64,000 bases of DNA from Moniliella sp. 'wahieum' (lineage: Eukaryota), in assembly GCA_003971905.1 (NCBI GenBank), contig RSEE01000014.1:744001-808000 (forward strand), in the 5' to 3' direction. Under the pieces are notes generated by a model that did not search any database, was not told the DNA's origin, and saw only the letters and a list, made by a program, of their open reading frames with translations. How positions within the stretch are numbered: position 1 is the stretch's first letter; each line of letters opens with the position of its first letter. Of this stretch, positions 35,871-49,502 are shown piece by piece. A program made the position numbers and the translations under genes.

Positions 35871-37400
35871 TGCCTGGCTTCATAGCTTCATTATGTTTTT
35901 GAATCAAGGTGTGGGGAGTGGTGGGGCTAATAATAGGAGGACGGGTGATGCCGGTGATGGGCTTTGGCAGTGGTGGATGGCTAGGTGAAGTCAGACCTCA
36001 GATTCAGCAGAGGTCTGTTGAACGTTGAACGTTGAGGCTGTGGAGGTGGCGTCTGTGTCGGACGCCAAGGCGGCCAAGGCCGACACCCGCGTGCTCTTCG
36101 CTGGGGCAGGCTGAGGTCACAGAGAGGAGACGGTCAGGCCCTCAGGCCTCACAGGAGTGTGTGTATACAGGAAGGAAGAGAATTGAATGTTGTTCAAGTT
36201 GAAGACCATTGGCCAAAGGTGATAATTGACCATTGACCCCGTCAATATGCAATGGCGCGATGAGAAGATGACGATGAGGACGACGAACTCAGCATCGTTC
36301 ACAGCTGCGCCTCAGCGCTCAGCATTGCATGAATGTTCAACGTTGAGTTCAACCTTGTTCGAGATTCGGCTCAGCATCCGCCCCAACGCATGATGCACAT
36401 CGGATTGTCCGCGGTGCTTTGACCAACCTTGCCTTTGACGACGGCCTGTGCTTTGTGACGGAGGTGGACTGAGGATCCTGATGACGTGTTGTGTGGCATA
36501 ACGAAACACGCGTGATGCACGATGAGTTGGTTCCATCAGCGTTAGAATGTTTTCTTGGCACAGTGAGGCGCTGGGCGGCCGGAGGCTGAGGCGGCCTCCG
36601 CCGAAGCTGAAGCTAGCCTGAAGCCTGAAACGGAAGCTGTGGAAGACGATGGAATTGGGAAGCTGGAAGCGGCAAGAAGCTTTACTTTGCTGCGCATGGG
36701 GTAATTAAACTCGCAGTGCCGTCGTGCGCCGGCCGGCCGGCCACGGCTCGGGATGAGGTCATTGCGGGGGAAACAGGTGCGGTGCGGCCAGCCACCGCCG
36801 CCACACCACGCGCAGGCCCAGTGTCACCGTGCCATTGTCCCAGCCCGCACGGGGGCTGTCTGCGCCGCTGGGCGGCTCCTGTCGTCTGTCATATAACTTG
36901 CATTGCACTTGCCCAACCACCGCCGTCGCCTCGCACGGCCCCCTGCTCGCCATCGGCATGGCGCAGGCAACGATGACCAGCGAACGTGCCAAGCTCACTC
37001 TCACCCATGCTTGCCCTCCCTCCCAGCACGCCCCGCCAGGGCCCATCGCGACACTGCCCAAGTCGTACTCTCTCGGCTGATGCGCGCGCTGATGCATATC
37101 TCGATCTCCGCCGCACCCACCTGCCGCCCACTACACGCCCACACAGGCCCCCACCCTAGCTCGCCAGCCCACTGCCCAAAGCGCAGATGAGAACCCCCTC
37201 AGCGGGTGGGAAGAAACAGCAGGGCTGAGCAACGCGCACACAGCCCCCCTCCCTCCTTCTTCCTCCCCGCCTTTGCCACGACGAGCATATATAAAACGGT
37301 GGCACTCTTTCCATCACAGATTGGTCCTTTCCCCCCAGCCTCAGCCCTGCTCCGTCGCCACTTTGTCTACCACCGCCCTTCCACCCCACCCTCTGCCACC

Positions 37401-38326
37401 ATGTTCTCCAAGACCCTTGTAAGCGCGCTTGTTGCGTCCGCCTTGGTCGCTGGCCAGGTGGCCGCGTTGCCACAAGCTGGGTCCAGCTCGGACTCGTTCT
37501 CGAGCGCCACGAGCACCGCCTCGGTTTCGTCCGCGTCGTCTCCTTCCGCGTCCAGCTCGAGTGCCTACGGTTCGTCGTCCAGCGGTCGGTCTTCCAGCGC
37601 CTCCTTCAGCGGTTCGGCCACGCGACGTCCTCGGGTCTCGGCCCGCTGCCCACGGGCCGGCCCGGGAACTCTTCCACCGGCAACGCGATCAACGTTACTG
37701 CCCTCACTACCACCGAGACCAACCAGACTGGCTTTGAGTGCTGTCGATTTCGGAAGATGTCAATGTGACTTCGAGCGCGGCCGGGGTGGCGGTTCTGTAC
37801 GGGTTTGAGCCGACGGCAATGTGACCTTCTCTCTCTTCTCGCCGGGCTACGATGCAGGTCACGTCAATGCGTCTACGTCTTAGTATGTTTTCTCCCTTGC
37901 TTGAATTGTCCTCGACTGTGTTCATCGCGGAGGGGCCGGTGCTAACCTACGTTGCGTGTGCATTTCTTTTCATTTCTCAGCTGGGCGTACATCACCTCGG
38001 GTCTGGCTCAGTTCTCTCTCGACGCTTCCAACGCCACCTCGTCCAACGGCACCAACGCCACCGTGCCTGTGGCCAATGCCACTTCGTCCGAAACCGAGGC
38101 TGCCTTTGTCTCCCCTGGCGCGTTTGGTCTCGTGCTGATCGACGCCAACGAAACCGCACCCGTCTCGTTCAACCTCTCCTTCCCGGCCCGAGCCAAACTA
38201 CGTTCCTGTCCACGGGCGTTACCGGTACCCCACACCGTCCTCCACACGGGGCAGTGCAATGCGACGAGCCTGCTGGCGCGCTGGCTTGAGCTGGCACGTG
38301 AAGCACGCCCATCAGCGGGGAGCTGA
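37401..38326 (+). CDS. Secreted Ser-rich glycoprotein with a fungal small-secreted (cupin-like) domain
   Basis: Signal peptide MFSKTLVSALVASALVAGQVAA and Ser-rich linker, then INVTALTT..GFEC...WAYITSGLA...GLVLIDA...HTVLHTGQC. Many N-X-S/T sequons; TATATAAA at ~37288; at least one intron and frameshifts. Confidence 0.7.
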
Positions 38327-39156
38327 GCATACGATGGATAGCACCCCGTCCACGGACGATGTGGTGGTGATGTTGGGATGCGATTCTGCGGGCAGCATTT
38401 TTTTCCTTAAATTCCCTGGATCTTTCTCATGACCCACATGATCGGCTATCCCGATCGTGTGGTGCGATTAGCTGTTTGCGTGAGCTCGGCCTCGGCCGCG
38501 TTGCCGTCGCAGGTAACGCGGGGAACGCGAACGAGCGTCCATACTATGGCTTCAACCTCTTTCTTTCCTCATGCATCTTTTATCCCAACGTGAGTACTAT
38601 GTTGAGAAAAACCAATCGATTCTTCTTCTTTTCAAATCTCCTCTATAGCTATCGCGATGAGATGCCCATTCTTGCTTCGGGGCGTGGTTGCCAGGACGAA
38701 ACCTGTCGTAAGCGAGGAGATGGCAGACTGCCACAACGGTTGTACATGCTCTCATAGATGACAGATGTGTCAACTGCTTTTTTGCATGGAAGGAGTGGCC
38801 ACTACAAGGGCCTTAATGTGGGCTAACTTTTGGTTCCGGGATGAGAGCAGTGAGGTGGGCGGGGGGGGGACTAGGGAGAGGAAAATGAAGGTCTGGGAAA
38901 ACCGTGCATGCAGCAGGAGGTACAACAAAGTGAAGGTGCGAGACAAGGGGCAGAGAACAGTTGAAACTATTATGCAAAGAGCGAGCAGAAGAGCCGACCG
39001 AACCACTCAGCCTCGTTGGCTCGGCCGCAGAGAGAAGGAAGGAACAAATGCGCGGGAGAAACCGTTACCTGAACCTAGCCCCATTGGGAGACCCCCAACA
39101 GCAAGGGAAGAGAGAGAGAAAGGAAGTGCTTTTGTCTCTGGCGTCATCTCTCGGTC

Positions 39157-39254
39157 ACGTCCATTTCATTGACAGAGCTGAAGGCTGGGACAGGGGGAAC
39201 GCTACGTCTAAACCGAACCGTTCATCATCTTGCGGGGTTACTTCGGGGCGCCAC
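39157..39254 (+). repeat. ~97-bp dispersed repeat, copy B (copy A at 1561-1657)
   Basis: Direct alignment with 1561-1657. Confidence 0.9.
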
Positions 39255-39450
39255 GAATAAAATCGGCTGGATTGGCCTGCACTTTACATCAGCTGCCCCG
39301 TGGCACGTTCAGGGGAACGCGACGCGTGCAAGGGCACACGCGAAGATAGGGTTGCTTGTCATGCATGTCAGCATGATCCAGTAGTCTTAGAGTTAAAGCT
39401 TCCACATCATCCACATCGTCTCGCATTCTCTTTCCCCTCACCCACCATCA

Positions 39451-41472
39451 ATGCCGCCCCCCAAAAGACCGTACGACCCTGAACCCCTGTGGCCTGATAT
39501 CTGGAAATCTGCCGGCTATAAGGTTTCTGGGGGTTCACGGCGCGAACGTCTCCTGTGCCAATTTGCCCTGGCGCCAAACCGATGTTTATGCGGGATGCTA
39601 CGGCCCACGCGGAAACCAACAAACACAAACGAAACCTTGCGGGGATCGTTCGGCAGCCGGCAGCCGCCGGTTCTTCCGGCGCCCTCCTCAATCAAGATAC
39701 GTCAAACGAGAACAGCCCTGGCCCATCAAGCAACAACGAGGGGAAGATGAGGTCATCACACCTGCTCGACTTGACATTGCACTTCCCAACACCGCTACTT
39801 CGCCCTCCCCCGCCCATCCCATGGAGACGCCTTCAAAGCACCCGCGCCGTACCGGGTCTGCCGTTAACGCTTTGGAAGGGGATGCTGAACATATGGAAGC
39901 CCAAGCTCAAGAGGCTCTTCTGAATTGCACGCGTCGCGTTTCCCCGTTCGCATATGCATCTTGCGTTTCGCGCCCAGGTTCACCGCAATCTCTTGCATCT
40001 TCGCAGCTCCCCGTCATGCCAGTTCCTCTGCGCGGAGACCGGTCGCATAACCAAAATGCCTCTCGCCGCCTTTCGAGTGCAACATCTTCTGTCACCCACT
40101 CTTCCATGGGCAAGCGCCGCTCCGCTCCTTCGCTGTCTACGCGGTCTACCTCTGCAAACGGCTCGTCATCTGCGATGCCCTCTTTGGACCGCTCCACCGA
40201 CTTTGACATCAAAAGAGAATACAGCCCGACCCCTGGAGACTTTGAGACCGATGAGCCGCGTGCAGACGATGCGAACGATATCCAGCATTCTTCCCCGGGT
40301 GCCAACGTTGTTATTGAGATGGACCTCGCCGATGACGATGCGGAGTAAGTGATTGGCTGGATAAGGATTTACCGGGAAGCAAAAATGATGATACCACGCA
40401 TCAGACGGACGAGGGTAAGCAAGAAAACCCTGAAACCACCCTACATCTGATGAGCCCCCCGCCCCCTCCAGTGCCCCACGGCAGCCTCCATCCAGAAGCG
40501 TGGGTTCGGGACATTTTCGCTCAGTTTTCGCACCAATCTCTCGTCCAATCTCTCGCCTACGAGGCTTTGGCCCGGGACCTTCACGATCTCAAAAGACAAA
40601 TTAGCACCATGCAAGGAAAGCCTCCCAGTTTTACTTCCGCAACCTACACGGACTTCTTCTCCAAAAATAAGGTACGCGCACTGCCTTTTTGTTGTCGTTT
40701 CGAACGCTGTCTGCTGACTTTATTAATGCTAAGGTTTGGACGGAAGCACTGGCGATATTCGTCTGGTTTGACCCAGAGGCCACAATCATCTCCCAAAACG
40801 CCTCTTTGTGGTCCCATCTGGAACGCATTCTAGAAAACGATTCCCTTCGATCCGCCCTGTCCATTCCGAATATACCCATTCGGACCGTTGGCGAGCGGGC
40901 AGAGTTCTACAAGCGCCTGAAGAAGGAGATCACCCCCTACTGGAGTCATTTCCGCCATATCCTCCTCAGAGACGTGCGTATCATTCCTTTGACATTAAGC
41001 GAGCGACTTGTTTCTGACTTATTGCTGTTGAAGTACCAAAACCCCACCAGCGCTGAACAACCGGACGGCATGCAGTTAGACAAATATCTCCCAGAGATCT
41101 GGGCCAGATTGAAGGGCGCGAAACCGGCCGCGAAAAAGCCCTATCCCGCCGTCAGCGCTCGCAAGTTGTTGCCCTGTGGCTGGCAATGAGGAAGAACCTC
41201 ACTTCGCTGTTCGACCGGCATCCGAAGTTCCGAGGGGAGAAATACCTGCCCCACTCATTTTCAAGGATGGCTCCGATGTCTCGACCGTGAAGAAGTGGGC
41301 TGCGGTCCAGAGAAACTTCCCGTCTCGGAGAGACAGCACACTCCACCGTCGTTTCGGCGAAAGAGTTACGAAAGACCTGAGGCTGGTGTTGAAAAAGCAC
41401 CCTGCCAAGGACTCACCTTTTTACCCTGTCATATCCGAAGTGGTTCCCATTCCGATCTCCATCGATGAATGA
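39451..41472 (+). CDS. Orphan protein with N-terminal C-x2-C-x13-H-x5-H zinc finger, Ser-rich middle and helical C-terminal domain (possibly transposon-borne)
   Basis: Restoring one C in a C-run at ~39558 gives CPICPGAKPMFMRDATAHAETNKH. Consecutive ORFs 39451-40348 and 40351-41472 join through frameshifts and two GT..CTGAC..AG introns (~40672-40732 and ~40974-41033). Confidence 0.5.
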
Positions 41473-43244
41473 GAGGTTTGTGTCCCGTGCGAATAGCTCT
41501 CTGGCTTTTGCCAAGTTCTTCTTTTGGCTTCGGCTGCTTTTTCACTGTGAATCTAGCATGTGGCCCGTTGTCTCTGCCTCCCACATTTCCTCTTACCATA
41601 CGGGCTTCCGATTTATCGCTGTTTCCGTGTTCCGCCTCTTCTTGCGACGAGGCGACGACTGAGAGTCGTCTTGCGCAGCCATCTCCACTTGCCTATCGTC
41701 GCCCCCGCTTCTCACGCGCTTCTTTCCTTTCACTGCTTAAAAGTTCTTATACATTTCGCTGTCGTGCCTTGTTTCTTCGTCTCGCTTCCACTCAACAAAA
41801 TCTCTAAAACCCTACACATGGTTTCGTCTCGCTCTCTCGCTTCGTTTCTCGTCTCGGATCGACTCCGTTTGACCCTCTCCTGTTGACCATTTCCCTTCTC
41901 TCTTCTCTTCTATAAAACCTGTCTGTCCTCAGATCCCAATTGTGTGATGTCCAAGGCGCCCAACAATTCTTCTCCTCTATCACTTTCTCCCAGGCACTCC
42001 ACTCTGTAAAAAAGCACCTTACTTCGCTCCTCTTGGGTCACAGATGATGGGTTGTAAAAGCCAGTATACCTCGGGCTTGTGGTGTCGATGTCGATGGGCG
42101 GTGATGAAGGCCGTGAGAAGCCTTTTTTGAGAGCGCAGAGAATCTGTGAGATTCACGGGGGCAGTGTATGCGCGCGCGGCGGTGCCAACAATTTGGGAGT
42201 TATAAAAGGCATGCGCCAGGGGCATGCCCCATTCCCGCTCCCTTCCAACTTCACCGCGTTGACGACAAACCGAGGCACTCCCGCCTGCCTGCGGTATTCG
42301 GTACGTCGAAATTGCTTGTACTGACCATTACTTCATGCTTCCCTCCCATCTATACCTACATTAAGTGCAAGGTACGGTACCCTCCCCATGTTATGTCCTC
42401 ACCATGCTGGCGCGGCAGGTCCAAGTGCGAGGTACGTTGGCATCCCCATGTATGTTATGTTCCCACTCTATGATCTTTCCAATTGGAAGGTTCCTCTCGC
42501 CCTCACGCCCAAGGCTACACATTTGCTCTTTCTTCTGTGTCGCTGGCCGAGTGCAAGGGACGTCAGCGCGTCAGCCTCACTGCATGGTCCCCTAACCCCA
42601 ATGCCTTGTGTACTTGAAGTCTTTGGTATGTTAATACCATCCTTGTGCTGCTCCCTCAATGTTGCGTTTCTACCCACGGACGCTTGCCTTGTCGCCCTGT
42701 CCGTGTACAACCTAACGTAACCTGCCGCTCCCGTCTCCTCGTCTGGGCACCAACCTTTCCGCTCATCGTCCAACTTCCTGTGTGTCGTGAATCGTCGCCG
42801 TCACCATGCTTTTGGGCCAACTTTCATGGTTGATACGCTTGGCAACCCTTGGGATCTTCTATTTGGCAAGAAGGCTGTCGTGCGTTGACCTACCAGTTGG
42901 ACCTGCAGGTGTCGATCATGCTGTGTGCGCGTGGTTCCATTTACCATTGTAACGGCGACCGACAGACGAATGCAACCTTTTGGAAATCTGAGAGAGGATG
43001 GGAAAGAAGATGACAAAGATGACGGACTATTGTGATTGGGCACACCGGCCACAGCCCCTAACCAACCCCATCCACATTTAGGGGCTGGACGAAGTAGGAC
43101 GCCAGAGGGGCAGAGTTGCACGAGGCAGCCTTCGAGCAAGGGGGAGACCCTGGCTGAGGACCCCGGCAGCTCATTGGAGTAGTGGGAAAAGGTAGGGAAA
43201 AGAACAGTCACCGGTGCTCCCAGAGGGGCGGGCCGAGCCGGAGA

Positions 43245-46200
43245 TTAGCTCAGGTGGGTAAAGAAGGAGCGCCAGGAATCCCAGTTGCCACCAAACGGCA
43301 TCTGGGACCAAAATGGCTGCCACACTGTCCTCTGTGTCGCTTTGGCCATCATGTCCAGCTCAGCACGTGCCTGGGCAAGAGGAGGCGGAGTTGGACGAGC
43401 GGGTTGGCCAGGGGAGGCGGCTGGTTCCCCTCCGAGGCGCTGGTCTCCTTCCTGGGTCGCACAGGGGACGACACGGCGCGCGAACAGGGGTTGGAGGATT
43501 GGGCGCCGTAGAGGCGGCGCAGAGGCTGTAGGAGCAGGATGGGGGACCGAAAGCGTTTCTGCCATATCCACCTCCGCCGCCACGTCGGACAAGGAGTGGA
43601 GGATGCGAACCAGTTTGCCTGCCAAAGGATGCGACAGTTCCATCTCCTGCAGCGAAGCCAAGCAACGTGCCATCAGGGCCCGGCAACGAGCTGCCGTATC
43701 GGAGGCCTGTTTCATCTGAACAGGGTCAACTGTTGGCACGGCCGCTGACGTAGAGCCGCTTGCTCCCGACACTGCATCTGCTTGGCTCGGTCGGAACGAG
43801 GAGGCACCCGAGCTCAGGTGGGGGCTGAAGGAGCAGACGATGGTACCGGCCTCAAACAGCATGTAGACCCAGACGCTGGCTAGCTTGCGCGGCGGGTACA
43901 GGGCCTTGTACGCATCGGCAATGTCCAAGATTTCCGCCGCCGCTTGGATGCTCACCTGCGCCGCATGGGAGAGGGGAGGAAAAATGTTGGCCGACAGGTG
44001 GGGTTGCCAACCGTCTTTGGATCGACAGCATTGTGGCTCGGCGAGGATGATGGGGCAGCACGACGGGGAGGTGCAGTTGGTCGGGTGGTCTGCCGATGCT
44101 GCTCTACCAGGAGACTGGTAATGCTCACCTTCAGTCCCGGTCGGGTTGGCGTGGTTGGCACAGCAGGTGAGACTCGGGATGCCACCTCATCGGACCTGCC
44201 CATCGTACCATGAGGTGCGGGCTCGGTATGATTTGGGCCAGGGGACGAGCCATTGCTCGTGGGTCCTTTTGTGGACCGCGGCGCGTCTTGACCAGGCCGT
44301 TCAGCCGCGGCGGGGGGCGCGAATCCATATTTGCGCAGCGTTCAAGGTCAAAGTGGAGTAGATGGGGCTGGACAATGAAAAGGCGGTGGAGGAGGAGGAT
44401 GTTGAGGTGGGTCCAAGCGCGCACGCTAAGGAAACTGGGGGGTGCACCGGCATGCCGGGGAGGCATGATGAACAGTTCGGGGGGCCGTAGGGGATTGGCA
44501 TCGGGCGCCGGCGGCTGGGCATAGGTCAATGGCATCCGTTCTGTGCGGATCGATGGGGGCATGTTCTCAGACAGTTGGGTAAGCATACGCATGATGCGCA
44601 GATAGCTTTCCCTTAGCCGCTGTTGTAAATCAGCTCGCCCGGTGCCGTCGCCTCCCTCGCCTGCATCCCACAAGGCCAAAGAATCGGATAGCCAGCGGGA
44701 ACCCGCCTCCCCGTCCTGGTCTGTGTCCATCGGACTCTGCTCAGCTGATCCCTGAATACGCCAAGGGATGTAGTGTCTCTGGGCGGGGCCCGCACAGACG
44801 CAGGTGAGGTGGGCTGCACGGTTGGTATGTAGAGAAGATCGAGGATGTGCTCGGTGATGACACAAAGTTGCGAGGCGACAGAGAAGGACACATCGATCCG
44901 AGCAGGCACACCTTGAGTTCAGGGATCACCGTGGGGTAGAACAAACATGACGCTACTTTTTGTGAGCCACGGTTGGGTGACGTCCAAGCCAGTGGGGGCA
45001 GGGAGGTCGACATCCACCTGAGCGCGGCGGATCATACAAGGGCGCTCCGTGAAGACCGAGATGAACTTGTCACTGGGGACAAAAAGAAACGCAGGTTAAT
45101 ACGGCTCTGGTGGCCAAGGTAGGTAGACTGGTAGGAAGGCCGGCGGCAGCCAGTGCATACATACAGTACAAACGAGCACCAAAAGACCCGACGCCGGACC
45201 AGGATGATTTCCTCCAGCGTATAGGCGCCTGCAGCAGCATACATGGCCCGTTCTTCTTGCGCGTAAGCTTGTTCCTCCAAGGTAATAGCGTCGGTCACCA
45301 TGCTTGGTACCAAGCGATTGGGTCGGTCCAAGGTGTGATGCGATCCTCGGTCGGTGAGGCGCACCATCCGTTCCATTTCCATTTCGCCTTGCTTTCGATG
45401 AAGGTTCATATCGAGCACAAGGCGACACACGAGGCCAGTGGACTGCCACCCTTGGTGGATGCGCCCTGCCGAGTAGTCCGTCATGGCCAGTAAGAAGAGG
45501 GCTTGGGCAACCCAGATGGCACGGATGTGGGCATAGGACATGAGTGCGATTCGGCACTTCTCCACTAACCGGTCCAAATCTTCCCATCACAATGTCTCCC
45601 GGTTGCACAGGTATGCCTGCCACAGGGTCGACTCCTTTGGGCGAGCTGTTTTGTGTGAGGGTATTGGCAGCCGCACAACATAACAACTGAAAGAGCAATG
45701 GAATGGACTCCTTGAGTGAAGCGATGTAGGAAGAGAGGGTGTGATGACGGGTAGACGCAGGGGCAGGAACTGCCCCTGCGGATGCAGGATCGGGTTCGAC
45801 ACCCAGGCTAGGAGCAAAGAGAACGTTGGGAGCCAGCAGAGGCCAGTGGTCGTGGATAAAGGCGATATAGATCTCAATCAGACGCGATTCGAGTGGGGTG
45901 ATGACTTTCGGGTCTTGCCTAGGGCCCTCATCCACCGCCAAGGGGGGAGGATTGAGGCCAAAACGATTAAAGGAATTGGGTGATGGCTCAGGCGCAGCCG
46001 GGGTAGGTCGGCCGGGTTGGCTGGTTGGGGAGGCGGCAGGGAGGGAAGATCCGCGCATTTCTGCTACGGGCGGTAACCTAGGATGTGGCCGAGGTACCGG
46101 GGGAGAAGGGACATCCTTAGGAGCGGGAGCAGGCACTGGGGGAGAAGGGGTTTCGATAGGAGCGGAAGCAGGCACCGGGGCGGAAGCAGGCAGGGCGGCA

Positions 46201-46670
46201 GCAGTACAGCGGCGCTTGCGTGCGTGGCCACGGGTGGGCGCGCTGGCCTTGTCTGCGAAAGACGGATCAGGTCCACTGGAGCGTTTACTGGCCTGAGCAT
46301 CCTCACGCATTTTTCGCTGGGCCGCCCAATAGCCCTTGGGGGGGCCGCGCTTTTTGGGATGGGGGTTAAACTGGCATCGGTCGCCACATCCAATGCTGCT
46401 GCAACCGGAGCAGGGCTTGTTGCCGTCGCATTTTATCTTTTTGTAGGCGCAGCGCGTGCATGCGTTCAGGACGCGCCGCTTCTTCTTGGCGTCGGTGTTG
46501 GTGTTGGTGTTGGTGTTTGGACCGGTGCCAGTACCAGTGCCAGAAGCAGATGCAGAGACAGCCGGGACGAGAACAGACCGATCCGCATCCACACCGTGCT
46601 GCTGCCGGCGTGGCTCGGACGAGGACGCGCTGGCCGGTGCGGGGGGTGAGGAGGGGGAGTGGTGAGGCAT
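43245..46670 (-). CDS. Zn(II)2Cys6 fungal transcription factor with middle homology region
   Basis: RRVLNACTRCAYKKIKCDGNKPCSGCSSIGCGDRCQFNPHPKKRGPPKG; LIEIYIAFIHDHWPLL; VAQALFLLA...GLVCRLVLDMNLHR...RRRVFWCSFVL. Confidence 0.92.
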
Positions 46671-47899
46671 AGGGCAGGTGGTGGTGACTTGGGTTTGTGG
46701 TTTAAGGTTGCGATGAACAGCGGACAGAGATACTTTAAGCTTTCAACTTTCGGTCTTTCTTCGGTCTGAGCGGCCTCCTGGCCCGATGCACCGGCGTAGC
46801 TAGTAGGAGCTAGTAGCAGCAGCCCCGATCGCCCGCCATCTGGGTCACCCATCGGGCTTTACGAAGGTTAAGCTCCACGCTGCACGATTAGATAGGCTTT
46901 GAAATTTGACATGTCACTCGTGTCACTTGAATATGGCCACAAGCTGCCCTGCAGTGCGCAGGCAGAGCAGTGGCTAGTGGCGCTATGCGCCCCAATCACC
47001 CGTCTGGGGGCGTGTCCCAGCTCCAGCCCCAGTCACGCGTGTCACATCCTGTCACAGACAGGGCGCAGCTCCCCCCACGTTGCAGCTCGTGCCAGCCACT
47101 CCATTCATTAATCGAATCATTATCATGCATCATGCATCATGCATGGTATAACCGGTAAGCGGTCAGCGTTTGCTAAGCGGTACCCCGGTAATTCGGGGAA
47201 CGGGTGACACCGGTAACCGGTCAGCTTAACAAGTTGCCGTAGTTAATTGATTTACGCGATTACGCGCATGTTGTACGGCGCGTACTCAGTACTCCTGAGA
47301 CTCAGTACTCACTTACAAGCATTACGCGTTGGACGCGACACAAAAATACCAAGTGGTACAGAATTGAGTGCGCTACGCGTGCCCATTCAATAACGAGCCG
47401 CGCCAACTTGCCCAGTCGATGCTGTCGCTTCCGGCCCATCTGTCACATTTCGCATGTCACGACCACCAACACCCATCTCGCCTTTGTACTACCCATCTTC
47501 ATCACAGAGCATATGGCTGCACAACAACTAATTTTGAAGCTTTTTTGTTGAAGCTAGTTTTTTCTCGAGCGCCTTTTTGGAAGCTTGAGCTTGAGCCTTG
47601 AGCACTGGAGGGGCAAAGGAACGCTGCGTCTACACCAGAAGGATCTGGCATATATATCGTACTGGACCCCGCGCGCGGGTTGGGAGGTCCCTGGGGCTGC
47701 CGCTAACCCCTACTCTTCGTCTCATATATTTCGGAAACCATATATAGCCGTGGTCGATCTAGACTCTATAGCACCTGCTTTACCCTCAGGCTGAAGACTG
47801 TGAGCCTCAGTACTGAGCTGAACACGCACAATGTCAGACTTTGCCCGAGGGAAAACCCCGACGTTGTCGGCGCTCACCGCGACCTCCCCAACCACAATT

Positions 47900-48781
47900 T
47901 GTCATGGGGGGGGTCCCGAGGTGGAACCCCCCTGTAGTTTAGGGGGTATAAACCCTTGGACAGATCAATCGGTGGCTCGTACGTTAGGTCCTGCTCCAGA
48001 TCCTGGTTGAACGTTGAACCGAGCGGGTGTAGAGGCGAGGGTTATTGGGTGGCTGCCTGCGTGCAAAGGCCGCAGTCCAGACCCTCCGAGGTAGGAGCCG
48101 CGTACGTAGGTCGTTAGACCAGCTGAAAGGGTCCAGGAGCTCCGAAGTTACTCTGTTCCTCGCAGCGTTACCACACTTGGTATGCTGTAGCTGGCGGGAA
48201 CAGACAGAGTCCTAAAGAAGAGCAAGCGCTACTGATGCATGATGAGAGTAACCGCGGCTTGCAGTGCACTCGAGACGCACGTTGTAAATTAGTAAGCGTA
48301 AGGGTGGTAGAAGGTCGAAGGACGAGAGAGGAACTGGTAGTCGGGGAGACCAAAGGTAGAAGACAGGATGGTCGACAAGGACCACCGCTATCAAGCCTTA
48401 GACATGGCTGCTTATATACATCATCAGAAGGAACCAGGCCTCAAGTGCCTCATGATGCATGACAGGTATAGACAGGATGCGGGGCACTTCCCAGAGAGGT
48501 AAAGACTAATGCACAGCCCTTTCTCTCCAAGGCACTGACGCTGCGTAGTCGGGCGCAGCAGGAAGGGTTCTGACAAGACTGGGTGCAATGGGCACAAAGC
48601 ATCGTACCGAATAGCCCATGCGACCATGGCGGGCCGCGGATGATATCCGCAGCAAGGATAAATCGATAAGGTGTCGACTGGCTCTCTCTCCCTAGTCTAA
48701 CCGGACTGACGCATGTTGGGCTGAGATGTCTACGACATGGGGCACAGCGTCCGGAGATAATAACCGGAGCGCCCCGTAACA
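47900..48781 (-). mobile_element. Solo LTR (882 bp) with 5-bp TSD
   Basis: Termini TGTCATGGGG...CCCCGTAACA form an 8/10 inverted match. CAATT directly flanks both sides (47895-47899 and 48782-48786). Minus-strand TATATAAG near 48412-48418 is followed by a CT-rich tract. Confidence 0.8.
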
Positions 48782-49502
48782 CAATTGGGTATTGTATAGT
48801 GCACCCGCGCGTCAATGAGCGTAGTAGGGAATGCTGATCCGCCCCGGACCCTTATCCCATTTTCGTCGCTGTGGTCTCTGGTCCTAAGGCCTAAAATGAG
48901 GTAGTCGGGCTCTCTCGTCCGCATCGGTGCGACCGCCAGTGCTTCTATTTTGATTTGGAGGAAAAAGAGACATATGTGGAGGGGGAGTTGCTCCTGCTCA
49001 TCACGTCCAAGCAGATCTGGCTTTCGTCCACAGGTTGGCGTTCCCATCGCCCTCGCGGGCATCTTCCTCATCCGAGGGACATTCTCAGCAACAAGTCGCC
49101 ATACTGAGGGACAGGTCCTAAGTAGCACTTATTGGACTCTCTTCTCTCGTCAAGGGTCGCAATGCCAAGATCCGTACAGGTAATACCAGTGGGCATTGAA
49201 CATCTCGACGGCAATGGATGCCCCGTCGAGAGGATACAGACGACCAAGAGCTGGTCTCTCGTCGTGGAAGCTGCCAGACTAAGACGACAGCTGGTAATAA
49301 GCTAGGAAACCTCTGGGTCCCAAACATGGATTGACGCAAGGATGATGCAGATGATGGTACAACGAAAAGGACAAAAGTGGGAGGCCAATGCTCCAAAGCG
49401 CGACTGGACTCAAAGGAAAATGGCGGGCATCATGCACTGGCAGTGCATGCATCATGAGAACGATAGTAAGCTCGTACATCATTGATTATATCAATGGTCA
49501 AA

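Noticed and set aside
36468..36540. Hammerhead-ribozyme-like string CTGATGA-cgt-GTTGTG-tgg-CATAAC-GAAAC...GTT
   Set aside because: It needs a 3-nt insertion between the core and stem II, and stems I and III pair only with mismatches and bulges. Likely chance; an Infernal hammerhead scan would settle it.
38799..43184. CACTACAAG ... GTAGTG as CACTA transposon ends around the orphan zinc-finger gene
   Set aside because: The inverted match is only 6 bp and there is no 3-bp TSD (GGC versus GGA).
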